DNA from: an uncultured Erysipelotrichaceae bacterium
Lineage (GTDB): Bacteria > Bacillota_I > Bacilli_A > RFN20 > CAG-826
Direction: 5' to 3'
NCBI GenBank assembly: GCA_902802355.1
Contig: CADCLU010000011.1
Coordinates: forward strand, 313-64,312
Length of the DNA: 64,000 bases
Shown here one piece after another: positions 1 to 8,014 of this stretch. Each line of letters opens with the position of its first letter. Position 1 is the stretch's first letter. The translations under genes were made by a program, and so were the position numbers. Below the pieces are notes generated by a model. The model saw nothing but the letters and a program-made list of their open reading frames with translations, did not search any database and had not been told where the DNA came from.

Positions 1-503
1 CCTCCTTTGTAGAGGTAATTGACCGTTTCGAGTGTGGCGGTCGTGCATACGTGGTTCGCTCTTTCTTTGAGGGCTTCGACAATCTCTTCTGGTTTGAGTC
101 CATCTTTGATGAGGGAAGCGCCATATAAGGCCATAAGGGCCTGTCCTGTGTGGAAGACGAGGGAATCGACGACAAAGACCTTGCTATTGAACTCTTTGGA
201 CGCTGCAAGGGCGTTCTCGTAAGCGCTTGAGCAGGCGTGGCTCATGCTGACGTGAACGACCGCATCATATTCTTTGAGAAGATTTGAGAAATGCTCTTTG
301 AATTCCTCAATGTTGACGGCGGTAGTCCTAGGAAGGGTTTTCGTCTCCGTTACGAAAGAATAAAGGTTCTCTAATGGCTCACTTCCATCTTTGATGGTTT
401 CCTCACCTTTTACGATGGTGAAGGCGATGACGTGGATGCTATATTTCTCCACTAGTTCCTTTGGAAGGTCGCTAGAGGATTCGGTTGATAAGGCTATTTT
501 CAT
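1..503 (-). CDS. DegV family fatty-acid-binding protein (N-terminal part; C-terminus runs off the window edge)
   Basis: Own translation from the ATG at 503 gives MKIALSTESSSDLPKELVEKYSIHVIAF...HVSMSHACSSAYENA...VFVVDS...NYLYKGG, a DegV-like pattern. A GGAG SD lies upstream. It is absent from the ORF track because it is open at the window edge. Confidence 0.8.
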   Translation of the reverse strand, partial: MKIALSTESSSDLPKELVEKYSIHVIAFTIVKGEETIKDGSEPLENLYSFVTETKTLPRTTAVNIEEFKEHFSNLLKEYDAVVHVSMSHACSSAYENALAASKEFNSKVFVVDSLVFHTGQALMALYGASLIKDGLKPEEIVEALKERANHVCTTATLETVNYLYKG

Positions 504-539
504 ATTCGGCTCCGTATAGTGTAGTTGTAATCGTCACGA

Positions 540-568
540 GGTTATCTAGTAAACGAAACTAGTTAACC
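540..568. promoter_or_regulatory. Imperfect 11-bp inverted repeat upstream of degV (candidate operator)
   Basis: GGTTATCTAGT-N7-ACTAGTTAACC, with arms 10/11 complementary, about 37 nt upstream of the degV ATG. Confidence 0.25.
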
Positions 569-632
569 ACACGAAAGCCTTCAAGTAAAGCAATAAAAAG
601 AATACAGGCTGTATCGTTTCTTTTGTTTTAAC

Positions 633-658
633 AAAAAACAGGCACGCGGCCTGTTTTT
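633..658 (-). terminator. Intrinsic terminator of the thyA-folA operon (hairpin usable on both strands)
   Basis: CAGGC-acgcg-GCCTG stem flanked by A6 and T5, immediately after the folA stop. Confidence 0.7.
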
Positions 659-1171
659 CTATAATGGAAGTTTGTTCTTGTTCACGTAGCGGGTGAAGGA
701 TATATAAGCGTCCTCATCCTTCTCTTTCTCGCTTTGTTCGACGCATTCGAAGGAAGGATCCGTATCGAGATTCGGGAAGAAGACATCCGCTCCCCCTACC
801 GCATCGACTTTGGTCACAAGCGCGTCATCCACGTATGGGAGCAAGGCTCTATAGATGCTCGCCCCTCCGATGACGTAAATGTCCTCGCCGCTTTCATCGA
901 TCTCTCTCATCTTCTTATGGAGGTCATCCATCGTGTGGAGATTTATGCAGCCCTCGTATTCATGGGTTGGGTCTGCTGAAAGAACGATGTTCGTGCGGTT
1001 CTTTAGAGGTTTGGAGCCAGGGAAGGAAAGAAGGGTGTTCTCCCCCATCACGACGATGTGGCCTTTCGTGGTGTTCCTGAAGAAGGCCATATCCTTCGGA
1101 AGGTTGAACATGAGGCCGTTTCTTTTGCCGATGCCCCACTCCTTATCAACGTGAAGGATGATGCGAATCAT
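659..1171 (-). CDS. folA: Dihydrofolate reductase
   Basis: 170 aa, MIRIILHVDKEWGIGKRNGLMFNLPKDMAFF...VVMGENT, a DHFR pattern. The start overlaps the thyA stop (TAATG). Confidence 0.9.
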   Translation of the reverse strand: MIRIILHVDKEWGIGKRNGLMFNLPKDMAFFRNTTKGHIVVMGENTLLSFPGSKPLKNRTNIVLSADPTHEYEGCINLHTMDDLHKKMREIDESGEDIYVIGGASIYRALLPYVDDALVTKVDAVGGADVFFPNLDTDPSFECVEQSEKEKDEDAYISFTRYVNKNKLPL

Positions 1172-2001
1172 TAAATGGCAACCTCGAATTTCTTGTCGAG
1201 AGGCTCGTATTCGTAATCGATGAGCTTGAAGCTGTCGACGGTGAAGTCATAGAAGTTCTTGATGTTTGGATCGACCCAGAGCTTTGGAGCCTTATGAGGC
1301 TTCTTGGCGATGATCTCTTTGACGATTGGGACGTGGCGGTCATAGATGTGAGCGTCCGCGATAACGTGAACTAACTCACCGACTTTGAGGCCGCTGACCT
1401 GGGCGAACATGATAAGGAGAAGGCTGTACTGAAGGACGTTCCAGTTGTTCGCGGCAAGCATGTCGTTGCTTCTCTGGTTGAGGATGCCGTTAAGGGTGTC
1501 GCCGGTGACGTTGAAGGTCATCGAGTAGGCGCATGGGTAAAGATGCATCTCATGGAGATCCTCGAAGTTATAGAGGTTCGTCATGATGCGGCGGGAATGT
1601 GGGTTATGCTTGAGGTCATAGAGGACTCTATCGACCTGATCGAATTCACCTTCTGGGTAAATCGCTTTCTTGGCAAGCTGATAGCCATAGGCTTTTCCGA
1701 TTGAGCCAGTCTCATCCGCCCAGCTATCCCAGACGTGGGAATGGAGGTCATGGATGTTGTTGCTCTTCTTCTGCCAGATCCAAAGAAGCTCATCGAGGCA
1801 GGATTTGAAGTAGGTTCTGCGGATGGTGAGGATAGGAAGCTCTTTGCTTAAGTCATAACGGTTGACGATGCAGAATTTTTTAACGGTGTGCGCTGGGGTT
1901 CCATCGGCCCAGTGTGGACGAACTGGGTAATCGGTATCCCAGGTTCCGTTATTGATAATATCGTTCATGTTTTGGATAAAAATCTCATCAGCGATTGCCA
2001 T
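1171..2001 (-). CDS. thyA: Thymidylate synthase (B. subtilis ThyA-type)
   Basis: 276 aa. It aligns by eye end to end with B. subtilis ThyA (DGTPAHT, ELLWIWQ.KSN, QVD, NPxSRR, RSNDM, FYDFT.D.FKLI.Y). Confidence 0.95.
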   Translation of the reverse strand: MAIADEIFIQNMNDIINNGTWDTDYPVRPHWADGTPAHTVKKFCIVNRYDLSKELPILTIRRTYFKSCLDELLWIWQKKSNNIHDLHSHVWDSWADETGSIGKAYGYQLAKKAIYPEGEFDQVDRVLYDLKHNPHSRRIMTNLYNFEDLHEMHLYPCAYSMTFNVTGDTLNGILNQRSNDMLAANNWNVLQYSLLLIMFAQVSGLKVGELVHVIADAHIYDRHVPIVKEIIAKKPHKAPKLWVDPNIKNFYDFTVDSFKLIDYEYEPLDKKFEVAI

Positions 2002-2106
2002 ATGTATCTCCTTATGTTTGCTCCCAATAAATATACCAAAATAGGGCCTCTAATTCCACATTTGGGCATCAGGAAAAGAGGTAATTAAATACCTATTTGA
2101 AAGCAT

Positions 2107-2133
2107 GAAAAAAGGCGAGCCTTTTTACTCGCC
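2107..2133 (-). terminator. Intrinsic terminator after the lipoprotein gene
   Basis: GGCGAG-N8-CTCGCC stem with a T-run on the minus strand (A-run 2107-2113 on plus). Confidence 0.65.
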
Positions 2134-2143
2134 TGCGTGATGA

Positions 2144-2551
2144 TTATTTCGCTTCTCCGGTGACGGTGAATTCGAAGTCTCCGTTTTTGGCCTTGCCTTC
2201 GGATTCGACAAGGAGATAGACCTTACCGGTTTTGGCAAACTCGACAGACCCTTCTTTTTTCTCAGTGCCCGATATCGTGACGATGTCGTATTTCTCTTCT
2301 TCGCTATAAGCGTAAGAGATGTTGAACTTGCCTTCGGTCAGGTTGAGTTTGTATTCGAGAACGGAATGTTCCTTATCCTCAGATTTGAGGTTGAAAACGA
2401 TTAGGCCTTCGAATTCGTCAAACGTCATCGAAGCGGCGTGGCTGGTGTTCGAATGGATGAAGATCTTGGCGGACCAATGCGAGACGAATGGGCTGCAAGA
2501 GCTAAGGAGAAGCGCCGCTCCAAGAGGGGCTAAGAATTTGAACTTTTTCAT
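2144..2551 (-). CDS. Lipoprotein, unknown function
   Basis: 135 aa. The signal peptide ends in the lipobox LLSSC. Confidence 0.7.
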   Translation of the reverse strand: MKKFKFLAPLGAALLLSSCSPFVSHWSAKIFIHSNTSHAASMTFDEFEGLIVFNLKSEDKEHSVLEYKLNLTEGKFNISYAYSEEEKYDIVTISGTEKKEGSVEFAKTGKVYLLVESEGKAKNGDFEFTVTGEAK

Positions 2552-2817
2552 TGTGATACCTCGGGGTTTTCTTCCACCGCTTCCTTTTCAAAAGCCTGTC
2601 TTCTGAAAGAAGGGAAGATATACGCAATACCATACACCACGGCCATATAAAGAACAAATAGAAGCATAACGACCATCGGATAAAGGACAGGATTGTCATT
2701 AACCATGTTGTAGAAGATGTCGTATGGAGTGCCGTCCCCTCTCATGAGGAACATGTAGTTATATGGGATTGTGATGTCAGCGATATAGGCAAGGATGGCA
2801 AAGCCAAAGAAATCCAT
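2548..2817 (-). CDS. Small two-TM membrane protein (unknown; possibly a fragment of a larger membrane protein family)
   Basis: 89 aa, hydrophobic. Its stop overlaps the lipoprotein start (ATGA). Confidence 0.45.
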   Translation of the reverse strand: MDFFGFAILAYIADITIPYNYMFLMRGDGTPYDIFYNMVNDNPVLYPMVVMLLFVLYMAVVYGIAYIFPSFRRQAFEKEAVEENPEVSQ

Positions 2818-2843
2818 ATGTGATTAGTTTATGGGCAAATCGA

Positions 2844-2870
2844 ACAAAAACCACCACAAGGTGGCTTTTA
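2844..2870 (-). terminator. Intrinsic terminator of GGDEF gene 1
   Basis: CCACC-acaa-GGTGG stem with a flanking T-run on the minus strand. Confidence 0.6.
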
Positions 2871-2884
2871 GTTTCTTTAGCGAA

Positions 2885-3979
2885 TCAATAGACGACTTTG
2901 TTCTTTCCGGAGTTCTTGCCGCTATACATCTTCTCGTCGGCCTGGTTGACCCATTTCTCAAGAGAGATGCCGTTAGAGTATTTCATCGCGCCGATGGTGA
3001 CGGTGACTCGCATATTGTCGCCTTCGAATCCGAACGGTTCTTCTTCGATTCTCTTTCTGAGAGCCTCTAACTTATCGAGGACGCTTCCGCCCTCTTTCTC
3101 TTTCATGACGACGACGAATTCCTCGCCACCATAACGGCAGACGAATGAGTCTTTGAGCTCATCGGTCGATATCTCAGCGATCCTCTTGAGGACGTGGTCT
3201 CCTCCAGAGTGACCATAACGGTCATTGAAGGCTTTGAAGTCATCGATGTCGAATAAGGCGAGAACCATATCGTCTTTGTCTTCAACCAAATCGAAGTAGT
3301 CATATAAGCCATAACGATTGTTGATCTGGGTGAGCTCATCGGTTCTGGATTCACTCATGATCTTCTTCTCGAGCGATAAGGCGTACTTCAAGAAGACGAC
3401 CATGTAGGAAGCGACGAAGCCGAATACCACTGTCGCGTTCGTGACGAAGAGAGTGACCTCAAGCCACTTATCAATCACGTAATACGGAGGATTGAACGCG
3501 GTGATGAAATAAAGGGTCAGGTAGATGGCCAAAGAAAGGACAACCCAAACGATTGAGCCTTTGATGTCCTTTTTCGTTGAAAAATAAGAGGCAAAGAAAG
3601 AGACGACGCAGAGGCCGATGAGATAGAAATGGAAGCCGGTTGAGAATCCCGCCATCAAAGATGTGACGGAGACGAGGCCGAAGAAGACGTTTCCGCAAAG
3701 GAGGGCGTACAAGTAATACTTCTTCGCCCTGATGAGGAAGAAGCAACCGACGTAGAACGCAACGACCGCGCCTGTCACGATTGCGAGAACCGTGAGTTTC
3801 GAGATGATGAAAAGAATTAGATAAAAGACATGCAAAACGAGATAAACCGTGTTCGCGGTAAAGCAAGTCTTGTCGATTGTTTTGTAATGATGTTTCTTAT
3901 CTGCGCCAAGGGACATAAAAATAAAGCAAGTCTTGTCGATTGTTTTGTAATGATGTTTCTTATCTGCGCCAAGGGACAT
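2885..3979 (-). CDS. Membrane-anchored diguanylate cyclase (multi-TM N-terminus plus GGDEF domain, GGEEF active site)
   Basis: The C-terminal domain reads ...FDIDDFKAFNDRYGHSGGDHVLK...RYGGEEFVVVM. I place the start at ATG 3979 (AGGAAG SD) rather than the GTG at 3988. Confidence 0.85.
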   Translation of the reverse strand: MSLGADKKHHYKTIDKTCFIFMSLGADKKHHYKTIDKTCFTANTVYLVLHVFYLILFIISKLTVLAIVTGAVVAFYVGCFFLIRAKKYYLYALLCGNVFFGLVSVTSLMAGFSTGFHFYLIGLCVVSFFASYFSTKKDIKGSIVWVVLSLAIYLTLYFITAFNPPYYVIDKWLEVTLFVTNATVVFGFVASYMVVFLKYALSLEKKIMSESRTDELTQINNRYGLYDYFDLVEDKDDMVLALFDIDDFKAFNDRYGHSGGDHVLKRIAEISTDELKDSFVCRYGGEEFVVVMKEKEGGSVLDKLEALRKRIEEEPFGFEGDNMRVTVTIGAMKYSNGISLEKWVNQADEKMYSGKNSGKNKVVY

Positions 3980-3985
3980 AAAAAT
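3860..3985. repeat. Perfect 63-bp tandem duplication (2 copies) covering the start codon and first 19 codons of GGDEF gene 1
   Basis: 3860-3922 and 3923-3985 are identical. Each copy encodes (IF)MSLGADKKHHYKTIDKTCF. Confidence 0.95.
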
Positions 3986-4081
3986 CACTTCCTGCTTCTT
4001 ATTGTATGTTAGACGACTGCTTCATTGGTTTTATTTTAATTGCTAATTGAAGTTTCCTCTAGGAAAACGCTTAAAGAGGAA

Positions 4082-4109
4082 CAAAAAAACGGCCAGATGA
4101 ACCAGCCGT
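4082..4109 (-). terminator. Intrinsic terminator of the AbrB-ABC operon
   Basis: ACGGC-N11-GCCGT stem with a T7 run on the minus strand. Confidence 0.55.
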
Positions 4110-4118
4110 TTGTTTCTT

Positions 4119-4823
4119 TTAGAAATCAACTTTCTCAAGTCGCTTGGATGAAATCTTGTAGACCAGGAGATGGATCAGTGCTGATAAGAGTATCGTGCCA
4201 CCTAAGCAAGCAAACTGAATGCCGATATGAAGGCTATTCAAGAACTCGCATCCTGGGACATAAGGAAGCCCGATGGTGAAGATGCCGATATAGAAGACGA
4301 ATCCAATGATGGTGAAGAGGGTGGACATGACAATCGACTTTCCGTGCTTGTAATAAATCGGGAAGAAGATGAGGTCAGCAAGGGCATATCCCAAAACGGC
4401 GAAGGCAAGAACCAAGACAAAGCTGTTAAGGGTGAGACCAGCATTGACTGGATCTTTGGCCATCTCCCCTGCCGCTCTCGCCGCAGCGGCCGCCTCGGCC
4501 ATGCTGTGGTTGATCAAGAGAGCAAGAGGATAGAGGGCGCTCACGATGAGCATGGAGGTCACTTGCATAAAGAGAACCGTGATGATTCTCGCCAAGACGA
4601 TGTCTTTCTTACGGACAGGAAGCAAAGTCGAATAGAGAAGGTCGTTGCTCTGCTGTCCTTTGTTAGCCCCAAGGAAGAGAATTGGGTAACAGGCAAGGAT
4701 ATAGATGAACGAAACCCCAAGCGGATAAATTGGGATAAGGACCATGAACGGGAAAAGAACGATGAAGAGATAGCATATCGGGTGCATCGCTAATTTGAAC
4801 TCTTTATAAATCAAAGCTTTCAT
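4119..4823 (-). CDS. ABC-2 type transporter permease
   Basis: 234 aa with about 6 TM segments. Its start overlaps the upstream ABC ATPase by 20 nt. Confidence 0.7.
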   Translation of the reverse strand: MKALIYKEFKLAMHPICYLFIVLFPFMVLIPIYPLGVSFIYILACYPILFLGANKGQQSNDLLYSTLLPVRKKDIVLARIITVLFMQVTSMLIVSALYPLALLINHSMAEAAAAARAAGEMAKDPVNAGLTLNSFVLVLAFAVLGYALADLIFFPIYYKHGKSIVMSTLFTIIGFVFYIGIFTIGLPYVPGCEFLNSLHIGIQFACLGGTILLSALIHLLVYKISSKRLEKVDF

Positions 4824-5676
4824 TGCCGTCTTTGCTCCTTTCTAAATAGACCATGATCTGCTCAAGGTCTGGTTCCACTGGTTCGATTCCGTTTTTGATG
4901 AACTTTTCTTTGTTCTCCGGAGAGATCAAACCTTCAATGTGGTCCTCGAATTCTTTGTAGGAAATATAGTCATTCGTGAGGGATTTGTTGGAGGTTTTGT
5001 CTTTTACGAACATGTAGGAATCAATGAATCCCTTCTTGGATCCGGTGTAGATGATCTCGCCATCATGGATATAGGTGATGTCGGAAGCGCACTTATCGAG
5101 ATCGCTTGTGATATGGGTCGAGAAAAGGATAGCGCGGTCCTTTTTCTTGACGAGGTCCCTGAAGAGGTCGAGGATCTCCTCTCTTGAAACCGGATCAAGG
5201 CCTGAGGTTGGTTCATCAAGGATGAGGAGCTCAGCGTTATGCGATAAGGCGATTGCCACGCTGAACTTGACCTTCATGCCGGTAGAGAGCTCTTCGAGTT
5301 TCTTATTGACGTCGAGGTTGAATAAGCGGCAAGCCTCTTCGAACTTATGTTCGTCAAACTGCTTATAGAACCTTTTGGTAACATTCATCAGCTGACGGAT
5401 GGTTTTGTTCGGGTAGTAGTTAAGCTCGCTTAAGGCAAAACCGATTCTCTGTTTGCACTCAAGCTCATTCTTGGTCATGTCCTTGTCGAAAGCGTAGACA
5501 GAACCACTGTCATAATGGACAAGGTTCATGACGCATTTCAAAGTGGTAGTTTTGCCTGCGCCGTTCCTTCCGATGAAGCCCATGATCTGACCAGGCTTGA
5601 TGTCGAAAGAGACGCCTTTGAGAGAGAAGGAAGGATATTTCTTCTTAAGGTTCTCAATTCTTAACATCTCGTTCAT
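4804..5676 (-). CDS. ABC transporter ATP-binding protein (exporter type)
   Basis: Walker A GRNGAGKTT, signature LSTGMK, Walker B LLILDEPTSGLD. Confidence 0.9.
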   Translation of the reverse strand: MNEMLRIENLKKKYPSFSLKGVSFDIKPGQIMGFIGRNGAGKTTTLKCVMNLVHYDSGSVYAFDKDMTKNELECKQRIGFALSELNYYPNKTIRQLMNVTKRFYKQFDEHKFEEACRLFNLDVNKKLEELSTGMKVKFSVAIALSHNAELLILDEPTSGLDPVSREEILDLFRDLVKKKDRAILFSTHITSDLDKCASDITYIHDGEIIYTGSKKGFIDSYMFVKDKTSNKSLTNDYISYKEFEDHIEGLISPENKEKFIKNGIEPVEPDLEQIMVYLERSKDGNESFDL

Positions 5677-5873
5677 TGTTTATCTTCCCCCATCAAGGAA
5701 TAGAAGAGGTCACTCTTGAGAATGGCAAGACCTCTTTTCTTATCGCCGAGCACAAGAAGGGTTTCGCCTTCTTTGATGTCGAACATCTCTCTGCCTTCCT
5801 TAGGAATGGTGATCTGACCTTTAGGACCGACTTTGACGCTGACGATGAAGCGATCGTTTTCTATCTTATTCAT
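5673..5873 (-). CDS. AbrB/MazE/SpoVT-type DNA-binding domain protein
   Basis: 66 aa with ...GPKGQITIPKEGREMFDIKEGETLLVLGD..., a looped-hinge-helix pattern. ATGA overlap with the ABC ATPase. Confidence 0.75.
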   Translation of the reverse strand: MNKIENDRFIVSVKVGPKGQITIPKEGREMFDIKEGETLLVLGDKKRGLAILKSDLFYSLMGEDKQ

Positions 5874-5900
5874 TTCTTATTTTTCCTACCTTTCTTACTT

Positions 5901-5928
5901 ATCATACTACCACTAATTGCTTTAGCAA
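5901..5928 (-). promoter_or_regulatory. Candidate sigma-A promoter of the AbrB-ABC operon
   Basis: On the minus strand, TTGCTA-16 nt-TATGAT, about 25 nt upstream of the AAGGTAGG SD. Confidence 0.45.
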
Positions 5929-5929
5929 C

Positions 5930-5952
5930 AAAAAAAGACCAGGTTTCCCTGG
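5930..5952 (-). terminator. Terminator-like GNRA hairpin plus U-run with no gene upstream of it
   Basis: The minus strand reads CCAGG-gaaa-CCTGG followed by TCTTTTTTT. It lies in a divergent promoter region. Confidence 0.3.
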
Positions 5953-6054
5953 CCTTAGATTTCTTTTTTTATGGCAACGGGGTGAATCCATCAACGACCT
6001 TGATGAGTCTTAAGACGAAGGCGTGTCTGCTCTGAATGAGTGATAGTGCGTATT

Positions 6055-6083
6055 TTGTGCATTCTTCTCCGATACCGTATAAT
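6055..6083 (+). promoter_or_regulatory. Candidate sigma-A promoter of GGDEF gene 2
   Basis: TTGTGC-17 nt-TATAAT, with the ATG 20 nt downstream of the -10 box. Confidence 0.45.
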
Positions 6084-6102
6084 TGATTTAGCCGATTCAT
6101 TT

Positions 6103-7311
6103 ATGAAGTACTACGTCTTCGTCGCCTTAGCGATCATCATACATCTCATCATCAACTTCGACACATTGAGGAGGAAACGCTCAGAGGCTGTCTTTGGCCT
6201 AAGGGCTTTCAAACTCTTTTTAACCGCTATCCTTCTTTTCTATATCACCGATTTGCTTTGGGGCATCTTCGATGAACTCAAGTTGGCCCTTCCTTTGTAT
6301 ATCGACACAATCGTCTATTACGTGATGATGGGATTGACTGTCTATTTCTGGACGAGATTCGAAACCACCTTCACCGACAGCAACAAGACCCTTTCTACGG
6401 CGTTCAAGATCGTTGGTCTGGCCTTCCTTCTTGCAGAAATAACCTTATTAACCGTCAACATCTTCAACCCGATTCTCTTTGAGGTTGATGACACAGCGAA
6501 ATACATCACTCATCCAGCAAGAGACATCATGCTTTGGATTCAGATTGTGCTCTACATGATGACTTTCATTTATTCCCTTGTCCTCACTTTCAAATCCAAC
6601 AGCAAGATGAGGAGAAGGTATTTGGCCACCGCCGCATTCGCTTTCTCTTGCGCCGGCCTTATCTTCGCCCAGTTATTTGATCCATATCTTCCTCTCTACT
6701 CGATGGGCATTCTCATTGGCATCTGCATCCTACACGTTTTCCTCGTGAGCGACGTCAGGCATGAGTACAAGAGCGCGCTCGATGAATCGACCGAGAAAGT
6801 GAAGATGCAGGAGAAAGCCTTAGACAGCGCAATCTCCTTGGTTCGCACCGATCCACTTACCGGCGTTAAGAGCAGACACGCCTTCGTCGAAGTCGAACAG
6901 CATTTCGATAAGCTCATCAACGAGAAGGAGTGCAAAAACTTCGCCGTCATCGTTTGCGACCTCAACGGCCTAAAGAAGATCAATGACACGAAAGGCCACG
7001 ATGCTGGAGATGGCTACATCCAGGAATCGGTTAAAGTCATCTCCGATTTCTTCCCATTTGAGAACATCTACCGTTTCGGAGGAGATGAATTCATCGTCAT
7101 CCTTGAAGGGAAAGATGCCGAAAATAGAACGAAGTTGCATAACGCCTTCATGGACAAGATTGATGAGAACGCCCGTTCAGAAAGCGGACCAGTCGTTTCC
7201 TCTGGCATCTCCCACTTCCGCGAAGGGGAAGACAACACCTTCAGAGCGGTCTTCCAGCGCGCTGACAAGATGATGTATAGCCGCAAAGAGCTCTTGAAAC
7301 AAAGAGGCTAA
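6103..7311 (+). CDS. Membrane-anchored diguanylate cyclase (about 7 TM plus GGDEF domain)
   Basis: DPLTGVKSRHAF...VCDLNGLKKINDTKGHDAGD...RFGGDEFIVIL. I prefer the start at ATG 6103 (MKYYVFVAL...) because of promoter position. Confidence 0.85.
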   Translation: MKYYVFVALAIIIHLIINFDTLRRKRSEAVFGLRAFKLFLTAILLFYITDLLWGIFDELKLALPLYIDTIVYYVMMGLTVYFWTRFETTFTDSNKTLSTAFKIVGLAFLLAEITLLTVNIFNPILFEVDDTAKYITHPARDIMLWIQIVLYMMTFIYSLVLTFKSNSKMRRRYLATAAFAFSCAGLIFAQLFDPYLPLYSMGILIGICILHVFLVSDVRHEYKSALDESTEKVKMQEKALDSAISLVRTDPLTGVKSRHAFVEVEQHFDKLINEKECKNFAVIVCDLNGLKKINDTKGHDAGDGYIQESVKVISDFFPFENIYRFGGDEFIVILEGKDAENRTKLHNAFMDKIDENARSESGPVVSSGISHFREGEDNTFRAVFQRADKMMYSRKELLKQRG

Positions 7312-7328
7312 ACCTCAAATTACAAATG

Positions 7329-7358
7329 AAAAAGCCCTGCGATTTGCGAGGGCTTTTT
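7329..7358. terminator. Bidirectional-looking intrinsic terminator (copy 1 of a near-identical pair, see 50337-50367)
   Basis: AAAAA-GCCCTGCGATTTGCGAGGGC-TTTTT. Confidence 0.75.
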
Positions 7359-7475
7359 AGTTTTTGTGCGGTTTGCCTAGATGTGGTTGTCTGATTCAAT
7401 CCATCCGCTTTTGTCTAAATACTTCCATCCACTATTTTGTCGTACTATCACTCGTTCGCGAGCCCCTAAAACAAA

Positions 7476-7506
7476 CAAAAAAGGCCGCCCTGAACCTGAG
7501 GCAGCC
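7476..7506 (-). terminator. Orphan minus-strand intrinsic terminator
   Basis: The minus strand reads GGCUGCC-N10-GGCGGCC (7 bp, including one G-U pair) followed by U6. On the plus strand the wobble becomes a mismatch and there is no U-run. No ORF ends nearby. Confidence 0.6.
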
Positions 7507-7706
7507 CCTGAAAGAAAGGCGAGGGGAGGAGAATAAATCAAGGAGTCGTACTTTCAAACGGAGAACCTCAACCCTCGCACCACTATTATCTAATACCCCA
7601 AGCCCCGATAGGGCGCTACCAGAAAGACATTAGAACCCCATCTATCGTGGTTGATGGCAATCTCCCTGACTCTCCCGTAGAATTGGCGATACAAAGGGGA
7701 TGCATC

Positions 7707-7995
7707 ATGGAAAAGTCCTTTGTTGAGATGAAACCCTTTCAGGTTACGAGAACAAAATCGACGGGAACCGTTATGAAGAGAGCTTCATCAACGTCTACGA
7801 GGACGACAGGCACATCTTCCTCAGCCGCGAGCTAACAGACGACGGAGACCTGAATACCCCATTCTCGAGGCTAACCTCAAGACGTTTAAGAGAAAGGTTT
7901 ACCAAGTGAAATTGCGCGAAGAGCGAGACGTTAGCCCTGAAGAGATCCTCATGATCGAGCTAGATAGGAAAGTTGCGTCTGGCGAGATTCGATAG
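7707..7995 (+). pseudogene. About 96-codon ORF of unknown function, broken by two -1 frame breaks
   Basis: The ATG is preceded by AAAGGGGA. MEKSFVEMKPF | GYENKIDGNRYEESFINVYEDDRHIFLSRELTDDGDLNTP | ILEANLKTFKRKVYQVKLREERDVSPEEILMIELDRKVASGEIR*. The breaks fall at T3 (7737-7739) and C4 (7857-7860). Confidence 0.35.
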
Positions 7996-8014
7996 TGGGG
8001 AAAGCCTATCCAAC

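Noticed and set aside
3860-3985. Tandem repeats as a possible CRISPR or minisatellite.
   Set aside because: There are only two directly abutting 63-bp copies with no spacers, inside a coding region. I treat it as a tandem duplication (see findings).
7365-7470. GTGCG at 7365, right after a terminator, looked like a group II intron 5' end (GUGYG).
   Set aside because: No domain V-like sequence, no reverse transcriptase/maturase ORF and no resemblance to known intron 5' regions follows it. A pentamer match alone is expected by chance.
7364-7835. Track ORFs 7364-7633 (89 aa) and 7647-7835 (62 aa) as real genes.
   Set aside because: The first has no SD and an R/S/P/L-rich product, and it overlaps the orphan terminator and helix. 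The second is better explained as the first third of the frame-broken 7707-7995 ORF, read through in the wrong frame.
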